From: Spirochaetia bacterium
Lineage (GTDB): Bacteria > Spirochaetota > Spirochaetia > SZUA-6 > Bin103
Reading direction: 5' to 3'
Assembly (NCBI GenBank): GCA_965203905.1
Contig: CBDBDQ010000005.1
Span: 416,001 to 480,000 of the forward strand
Length of the DNA stretch: 64,000 bases
Shown here: piece after piece, positions 58,352 through 64,000 of the stretch
Position numbering within the stretch: position 1 is the stretch's first letter
How the letters are laid out: every line of letters begins with the position of its first letter
Translations under genes and position numbers: made by a program
Notes under the pieces: generated by a model
Told to the model about the DNA's origin: nothing
Database searches by the model: none
Seen by the model: the letters and a program-made list of their open reading frames with translations, nothing else

Positions 58352-59776
58352 TCAGAGGTCCGGATGCAGGTTGTGCCACTCTGTGGCGGCTTCGTAGGCG
58401 GCGCCAAGCCGGCACAGTAACGGTTCGCCGAGCGGTTTCCCTGCCAGTTGCAGCGACAGGGGCAATCCCTCGCTGCTTTTGCCGCAGGGCAGGGTGAGCG
58501 TCGGCGCGCCGTTGCAATCGAACGGCACCGTGAACCGCTGCAACCGATAGGATGTCTCGTCGACGACCGGTGACGAGGAACGCTGCCCCTCCGGTGTGAC
58601 CGGCAACGGGAGGTCCGGCATGGCGGGGCAGGCAAGGACGTCGATCTGCTCGAATGCCCGTCGCAGGTGCCCGGTACAGGCGGCCCGCGCGTTGTTCGCT
58701 CTGGCGTAGTCGGCACCGCTCACCTGCGCCCCCAGATCCAGCCAGCCGCGGAACCAGGGGCCATACTCGTCCCGGCGCGACGGGTAGGTGCCCCCGTGAG
58801 CGGCCACCGCCTCGGCCGTGCACAACACGGCCCACGCGGCGACGTACTCATCGAACTCGTCGATGTCGGGAAGCCGCACTTCGACGATGTGCGCGCCAAG
58901 CCCCTCGAGCATCTCGACCGCGGCTACCACCGCCACGGCAACCTGCGCCTCGACGTCCCGCACCGCGTAGCGCTCGTCGAAGCCGATGCGGACCCCCTCG
59001 ATCCGCTCGATACTCCGGTCAGGGCGTTCCAGCATGTCCGGCACCGGCGCGGGCAGCGCGGTGGGATCGTTGGGGTCCGGTCCGGCGATTGCCTGCAGCA
59101 TGATGCCGGCATCGGCGCTGCTTCGGGTCAGGGGACCGACGTGGTCCAGCGACTCGGCCAGGGCCAGCACACCGTAGCGGCTGACGCGGCCCCAGGTCGG
59201 CTTGAGACCCACCGTCCCGTTGCACGCGGCCGGGAAGCGGATCGAGCCGCCCGTATCGCTGCCGAGGGAGGCGTAGCACAGCCCGGCCGCGGTCGCCACG
59301 CCGGAGCCGCTGGAGGATGCCCCCGCCCACCGCCCGGCATCCCAGGGGTTGCAGGGGACCGGGAACGCCGGGTGGTATCCGCCCATGGCGCCTTCGGTGA
59401 GGTTGAGCTTGCCCAGCAGCACCGCGCCGGCCGCGCTCAGCCGCGTGACCACGGTGGCATCGAACTCCGGCACGTGATCGGCCAGCACCTGCGTGCCGCC
59501 CATCGTGCGCACCCCCCTGGTGAAGCACAGGTCCTTTACCGCCACCGGGACTCCGTGCAGCGGTCCGCGATAGCTGCCGGAGGCGATCTCCGCCGCGGCG
59601 CGTTCGGCAGCGGCCAGCGCCTGCTCCCCCAGTACCGTCGCGTAGCTGTGCAGACCGCTGTCGAGCCGGTCGATGCGGTCAAGCACACTCCTGGTCAGTT
59701 CGACCGGCGACAGCCGCCGCGACCTGATGAGTGGTGCGATCTCGACGATGGTGCTGTAGCGAAGGGCTTCGCTCAT
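58352..59776 (-). CDS. Amidase-signature family protein
   Basis: 'GPLHGVPVAVKD', 'GASSSGSG', 'GSDTGGSIRFP'. Confidence 0.9.
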   Translation of the reverse strand: MSEALRYSTIVEIAPLIRSRRLSPVELTRSVLDRIDRLDSGLHSYATVLGEQALAAAERAAAEIASGSYRGPLHGVPVAVKDLCFTRGVRTMGGTQVLADHVPEFDATVVTRLSAAGAVLLGKLNLTEGAMGGYHPAFPVPCNPWDAGRWAGASSSGSGVATAAGLCYASLGSDTGGSIRFPAACNGTVGLKPTWGRVSRYGVLALAESLDHVGPLTRSSADAGIMLQAIAGPDPNDPTALPAPVPDMLERPDRSIERIEGVRIGFDERYAVRDVEAQVAVAVVAAVEMLEGLGAHIVEVRLPDIDEFDEYVAAWAVLCTAEAVAAHGGTYPSRRDEYGPWFRGWLDLGAQVSGADYARANNARAACTGHLRRAFEQIDVLACPAMPDLPLPVTPEGQRSSSPVVDETSYRLQRFTVPFDCNGAPTLTLPCGKSSEGLPLSLQLAGKPLGEPLLCRLGAAYEAATEWHNLHPDL

Positions 59777-59912
59777 GGCCCGTTGAGTGTAATCGATCGG
59801 GCGATCCTGGTCGTGCTGGGCTACCGCCCCGACACACCCGACGCCCCCAACGCGCACCGCGCTCAGTTTTTCGGTTGACCCACAACCGGAGTGGGGTGAT
59901 CCTGGAGGCGCT

Positions 59913-60758
59913 ATGAAAGACTATCGAGACAAGGTCGCGGTGATCACCGGCGCAGGGCGCGGCATCGGCCGCGGGATCGCCCTCCGCTGTGCCAAGGAGG
60001 GGATGAAGGTCGTTCTGGCCGGATTCGGGATGGAATCCCTCACCAGGACCGCCGCTGACCTGGACGCGCTGGGGGCCGAGACGCTGATCGTCCAGACGGA
60101 TGTCTCCCAGGTAGAACAGGTGGAGAACCTGGCGGCAGCCACGGTGGGGGCCTTTGGCCACGTCGACCTGCTGGTGAACAACGCCGGGGTCGCGCAGCCG
60201 GGCAAGTCACTGGAGATCACCCTTGACGACTGGAACTGGGTAATGGGGGTCAACTTCTACGGCGTGCTCTATTGCCTGCGGGCATTCGTCCCCGGCATGA
60301 TCAAGCGGAAGCAGCCCAGCCGCGTGGTCAATGTCTCATCCCTGTCCGGCGTGCTCCCGGGGGGCGGGTCGTACGGGGTCTCGAAACATGCCGTGTTGGT
60401 CCTGACCGAGTCGCTCTATCAGGATTTGGCCGAGTCGGCGCCCCACGTCAAGGTGTCGGCGCTCTGCCCGGGTTGGGTGGCGACCGAGTTCTACCGGGTG
60501 GATCAATCTCGTCCCGAGCGTTTCAAGGGGGAGACGACCGAGGTGACCGACGAGTACCGGGAGACTTGGCGCGGGTGGCTGACCGCAGGAATCACGACCG
60601 ACCAGTTGGCCCAGATCCTGTTCGACGGCCTGGCGCGCGACCAGTTGTACATCGGCGTCCAGGGCTTCCGGGAAGCGGGGCAGGATGTCGGGGAAACGGT
60701 TAAGGCCCGGGCTCAGAATATCGTCCAGGAGAAGAACCCACCCAGCTCGTCATCCTGA
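59913..60758 (+). CDS. Short-chain dehydrogenase/reductase
   Basis: 'TGAGRGIG', 'NNAG', 'YGVSK'. Confidence 0.92.
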   Translation: MKDYRDKVAVITGAGRGIGRGIALRCAKEGMKVVLAGFGMESLTRTAADLDALGAETLIVQTDVSQVEQVENLAAATVGAFGHVDLLVNNAGVAQPGKSLEITLDDWNWVMGVNFYGVLYCLRAFVPGMIKRKQPSRVVNVSSLSGVLPGGGSYGVSKHAVLVLTESLYQDLAESAPHVKVSALCPGWVATEFYRVDQSRPERFKGETTEVTDEYRETWRGWLTAGITTDQLAQILFDGLARDQLYIGVQGFREAGQDVGETVKARAQNIVQEKNPPSSSS

Positions 60759-60765
60759 CGGGCAT

Positions 60766-60795
60766 GGCGCGTGGGGCGCCTGGGGGCCACGCGCC
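60766..60795. terminator. Hairpin between convergent genes
   Basis: GGCGCGTGG...CCACGCGCC. Confidence 0.45.
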
Positions 60796-60860
60796 TGCGT
60801 GCGGGGCCGTGCACCCCACCGAGCAAGGCAAGGTGCGACGGGTCGGCCCCAGATGCCGGG

Positions 60861-61754
60861 TCAGCCCTTGATGGCGCCGAGCATGATGCCCTTGACGAAG
60901 TACTTCTGGATGAACGGATAGACCACCACGATCGGCCCGATGGTGAGCAGGATGGTGACCGCCTGCACCGACTGCACCGGCACCGGCTCGCTGAGCCCGA
61001 GCAGGTCGCCCGCCTCGTCCAGCTCGGCGAAGTCCAGCACCTTGAGCATGTCGCGGATGAGGAGCTGCAGCACCTGCTTGTTCCTGTCGTCGAGGTAGAT
61101 CAGGGCGTCGAACCAGGCGTTCCAGTGCTCGACTGCCGCCCACAGCCCGACGGTGACGAACACCGGCTTGGCCAGCGGCACCATGATGCGCAGCAGGATG
61201 GTCCAGTAGCCGGCACCGTCGATGATCGCCGAATCCTCCATCGACTGGTCGATCGTCATCAGGAAGTTGCGCGCCACGATGATGTAATAGACGTTCATCG
61301 CGACGGGGAGGATCAGCACCCAACGCGAGTTCATCAATCCCAGCGAACGGATCAGCAGGTAGGTGGGGATCAGGCCGCCCGAGAAGAACATGGTCAGCAC
61401 GAAGCAGACGGTCAGGAAGCTGCGGCCGGGAAGGTCGCGCTTGGAGAGCGCGTAGGCGGCGGTGAAGGTCACCAGCAGCGTCAGCGAGGTGCCGAAAAAA
61501 GCTCGGTGCAGGGTGTTGGCGTAGGCCACGAACAGGTCGTTGTCGATGAACACGAAGCGCCACGAGGCGAGGGTCCAGCGCTTGATCCAGAGGTGCAGAC
61601 CGAGCGAGGAGACCTCGTCGAAGGGGGCGAACGAGCTCAGCAACAGGTTCCAGAACGGGTACAGGATGGTGATGCTGACCAGGAACAGGACGATTGCGTT
61701 GGCGGCGTCGAAGATGCGGCCGGGAATCGAATGCTGGCGCATGGGAGAGGCCAT
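60861..61754 (-). CDS. Carbohydrate ABC transporter permease (LplC-like)
   Basis: 'FFSGGLIPTY', 'EDSAIIDGA', 'YPFIQKYFVKGIMLGAIKG'. Confidence 0.9.
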   Translation of the reverse strand: MASPMRQHSIPGRIFDAANAIVLFLVSITILYPFWNLLLSSFAPFDEVSSLGLHLWIKRWTLASWRFVFIDNDLFVAYANTLHRAFFGTSLTLLVTFTAAYALSKRDLPGRSFLTVCFVLTMFFSGGLIPTYLLIRSLGLMNSRWVLILPVAMNVYYIIVARNFLMTIDQSMEDSAIIDGAGYWTILLRIMVPLAKPVFVTVGLWAAVEHWNAWFDALIYLDDRNKQVLQLLIRDMLKVLDFAELDEAGDLLGLSEPVPVQSVQAVTILLTIGPIVVVYPFIQKYFVKGIMLGAIKG

Positions 61755-61764
61755 CTGCACCGTG

Positions 61765-62736
61765 CTACCAGATCGCGTATTCGCTGAACCGCTTGATGAT
61801 GCTGTTGGCGGCAACCAGGATGATCACCCCGGCGACGTTCTTGAACAGCCCCACGGCGGCCGAATAGTCGAACTTGGCCTCCTCGATTCCGGAACGGTAG
61901 ATGTAGGTTTCGAACACGTCCGCCACCGGATACACCAGCGGGTTGTAGAGGTTGAAGATCTGGGCGAACGACTCGTCCAGGATGTTGCCGATCTGAATCA
62001 GGAACAGGATCGTCATCACCGGAATCAGTGACGGCAGGGTGATGCGCAGCGCCTTCTGCCAGCGGTTGGCACCGTCGATCGAGGCGCTCTCGTAGAGCCC
62101 GGGATCGATGGAGGAGAGCGCCGCCAGGTAGATGATGCTGCTCCAGCCGATCCCCTGCCAGATGCCGGTCACCACCAGCATGCCGCGGAAGGTCGCCTTG
62201 TTGGTCAGCCAGTGCACCGGCTCCAGCCCCACCAGGGTGTAGAAGTAGGCGATGATGCCGCGCTGGGGAGAGAGGATCTCGGTCAGGATGCCCGCCAGGA
62301 TCACCCACGAGATGAAGTGCGGGAGGTAGGAAATCGTCTGCACCACCCGCTTGTACAGCGACATCCGCACCTCGTTGAGCAGCAGCGCCAGGATGATGGG
62401 ACAGGGGAACCCGAACAGCAGCCGCAGCACGCTCAGCCAGAAGGTGTTGAAGAACACGCGGAGAAAGAACGGATCCTTGAACAGGCGCTTGAAGTGGTCG
62501 AAGTCGTTCCACGGGCTGCCCAGCACGCCGTCGTAGAAGTTGTAGTCCTTGAAGGCGATCAGCAGACCGTAGATCGGACCGTACTTGAACACCACCAGCA
62601 GGGTCAGGGAGAGCAGCAGCAGCAGGTAGATGGGGCGCATGCGGATTGCCCGCCGGATGGTCTGCCGCTTGAGGATGCCGCGATGGGCGGCGAGCGCCTG
62701 CTCGCTCATGGTTGCTGCCGACTGCGCCTGCCCCAT
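61765..62736 (-). CDS. Carbohydrate ABC transporter permease (LplB-like)
   Basis: 'QTISYLPHFISWV', 'LYESASIDGA'. Confidence 0.9.
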   Translation of the reverse strand: MGQAQSAATMSEQALAAHRGILKRQTIRRAIRMRPIYLLLLLSLTLLVVFKYGPIYGLLIAFKDYNFYDGVLGSPWNDFDHFKRLFKDPFFLRVFFNTFWLSVLRLLFGFPCPIILALLLNEVRMSLYKRVVQTISYLPHFISWVILAGILTEILSPQRGIIAYFYTLVGLEPVHWLTNKATFRGMLVVTGIWQGIGWSSIIYLAALSSIDPGLYESASIDGANRWQKALRITLPSLIPVMTILFLIQIGNILDESFAQIFNLYNPLVYPVADVFETYIYRSGIEEAKFDYSAAVGLFKNVAGVIILVAANSIIKRFSEYAIW

Positions 62737-62737
62737 G

Positions 62738-64000
62738 TCAGCGCATGCAGGTGTCGATGTCGTAGAGGATGTGAGGGGCCACGCAGGCGCGCTCACCGAA
62801 GTGCTTGCCGATCGGCTGGGCCGCGTGCGCCGCGCCCCTCAGGCCCTCGTGGAAGCCGTCCAGCACGGCGCTCCGGAAGCGCTCGTCGCCGCTCAGCCGG
62901 TAGGCGTATGCCGGCCCCTCCAGGATGAGGCTGTTCCGTACGCCGCTGGTGCCGCTCTTGGGGCAGCGGGTGTAGCGGAACGCCTTCCGGTCGGCGAGCC
63001 AGTGCTCGCGGATCAGGAACTCGCACCCACCGACGATCAGCTCGGCCGCCGCCGCGTCACCGGTAGCCTGGTGGTAGCGCTTCAGGCCGGAGAGCAGCAC
63101 CCCTACCATGAAGTCCGCGTTGCCGATGCAGCGCGGCAGGCACTCGCAGTGCCCGAGCAGCAACTGGTGCGGCCAGCCGTTCGGCGTGTAGCGCTCGCGC
63201 ACCCGCTGGATGATGAGCTTCGCCGCGTTGAGATAGAAGTGGTCGCCCGTGGCCTGGTACATCGCCATGGTCAGGATCAGGTGCCAACCGGGCCGGCGGC
63301 AGTTGCAGAAGTCGAAGTTGACCGTGTAGAGCTGGTCGTACTTGTCGGCCACCCGGGTGGCGATCTCGAGTGCGCGCCGGTCGCCGCTCAGCAGGTGATA
63401 GTCGAGCAGTCCCTGCACCCAGGTGTGGTCCACCTCCACTTCCACCACGCTCTGAGCGCCCCCCTTGCGGTGGTAGTAGGGGTAGTAGTCGCCGACGTGG
63501 CCGATGCAGTGCGCGTACACCCGGTCGACGAAGCCGTGGTCGGCGTGGTGGTGGCAGGTGTCCACGTCCAGGTAGTGGCGCACCGCCTGCTCGCCGGCCG
63601 CGAAGAACCGCGCGTCGCCGCCACGGACGTAGTGAAGAAAAAAGACGTGCGGGGTGTCGTATTCGATGTTGCCCCACTTCTGCACGTGGAACCAGTCGCC
63701 GAAGTTGAGCATACCGTACTCGCGGCCGGTTTCCCTGGTCTCCAGGTAGTTGGCGATACAGTTGTCGGCGTACCGCTCGTACTCGGGGAACTTCGCCGCG
63801 TCGGCCGCGGCCAGATCGCCGAACGCCTTGCTGTCACAGTACCAGGCGGCCGGTGCACGGGCCCGCAACGGCTCCTCCAGGTGCGGCGGCGCATCCGGGG
63901 CACCGGCGGCGTGGAACCGGTACACCAGCTCGTGGGTGCGGGACACGCCCTGCTTGAGTCGGTAGGCGCCGTCCTGCAGGTAGTAGTAGAGCTTGTCCTC
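62738..64000 (-). CDS. YetA/exo-rhamnogalacturonan-lyase-like alpha/alpha-toroid protein (5' end outside window)
   Basis: 'YGMLNFGDW', 'WGNIEYD', 'RHYLDVD', 'HTWVQGLLDY.LLSGD'. Confidence 0.65.
   Translation of the reverse strand, partial: EDKLYYYLQDGAYRLKQGVSRTHELVYRFHAAGAPDAPPHLEEPLRARAPAAWYCDSKAFGDLAAADAAKFPEYERYADNCIANYLETRETGREYGMLNFGDWFHVQKWGNIEYDTPHVFFLHYVRGGDARFFAAGEQAVRHYLDVDTCHHHADHGFVDRVYAHCIGHVGDYYPYYHRKGGAQSVVEVEVDHTWVQGLLDYHLLSGDRRALEIATRVADKYDQLYTVNFDFCNCRRPGWHLILTMAMYQATGDHFYLNAAKLIIQRVRERYTPNGWPHQLLLGHCECLPRCIGNADFMVGVLLSGLKRYHQATGDAAAAELIVGGCEFLIREHWLADRKAFRYTRCPKSGTSGVRNSLILEGPAYAYRLSGDERFRSAVLDGFHEGLRGAAHAAQPIGKHFGERACVAPHILYDIDTCMR

Overview
High-GC bacterial chromosomal window. 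The 'AGGxEE/AAGEDE'-type solute-binding-protein N-termini without a lipobox suggest Spirochaetota (inference). It is dominated by ABC-importer modules (Dpp/Opp-type and carbohydrate-type, none with an ATPase gene in the window) and catabolic enzymes: PhyH dioxygenases, RraA, a sugar epimerase, an LLM monooxygenase, a Baeyer-Villiger monooxygenase, sialidase-like proteins, an amidase and an SDR. Accessory content: (i) a complete ~3.06 kb IS1-like cargo transposon (39180-42239; 19-bp inverted repeats, 8-bp target duplication CAGCAGCC) carrying a DNA methyltransferase, an orphan putative DNA-recognition domain, a small basic protein and a membrane protein; (ii) a complete ISAzo13-family IS with a TAA duplication; (iii) two copies of a DUF222-like/HNH endonuclease gene whose variable middle holds in-frame palindromic ACTTCGGCGCCGAAG ('TSAPK') repeats; (iv) a low-GC three-gene cassette with a papain-like Cys-His protein; (v) a permease-FG-GAP/ASPIC fusion; (vi) four toxin-antitoxin modules, three with broken toxins; and (vii) many short gene remnants. 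No rRNA, tRNA, CRISPR array or reverse transcriptase was recognised. Family assignments come from motif recognition, not database searches.
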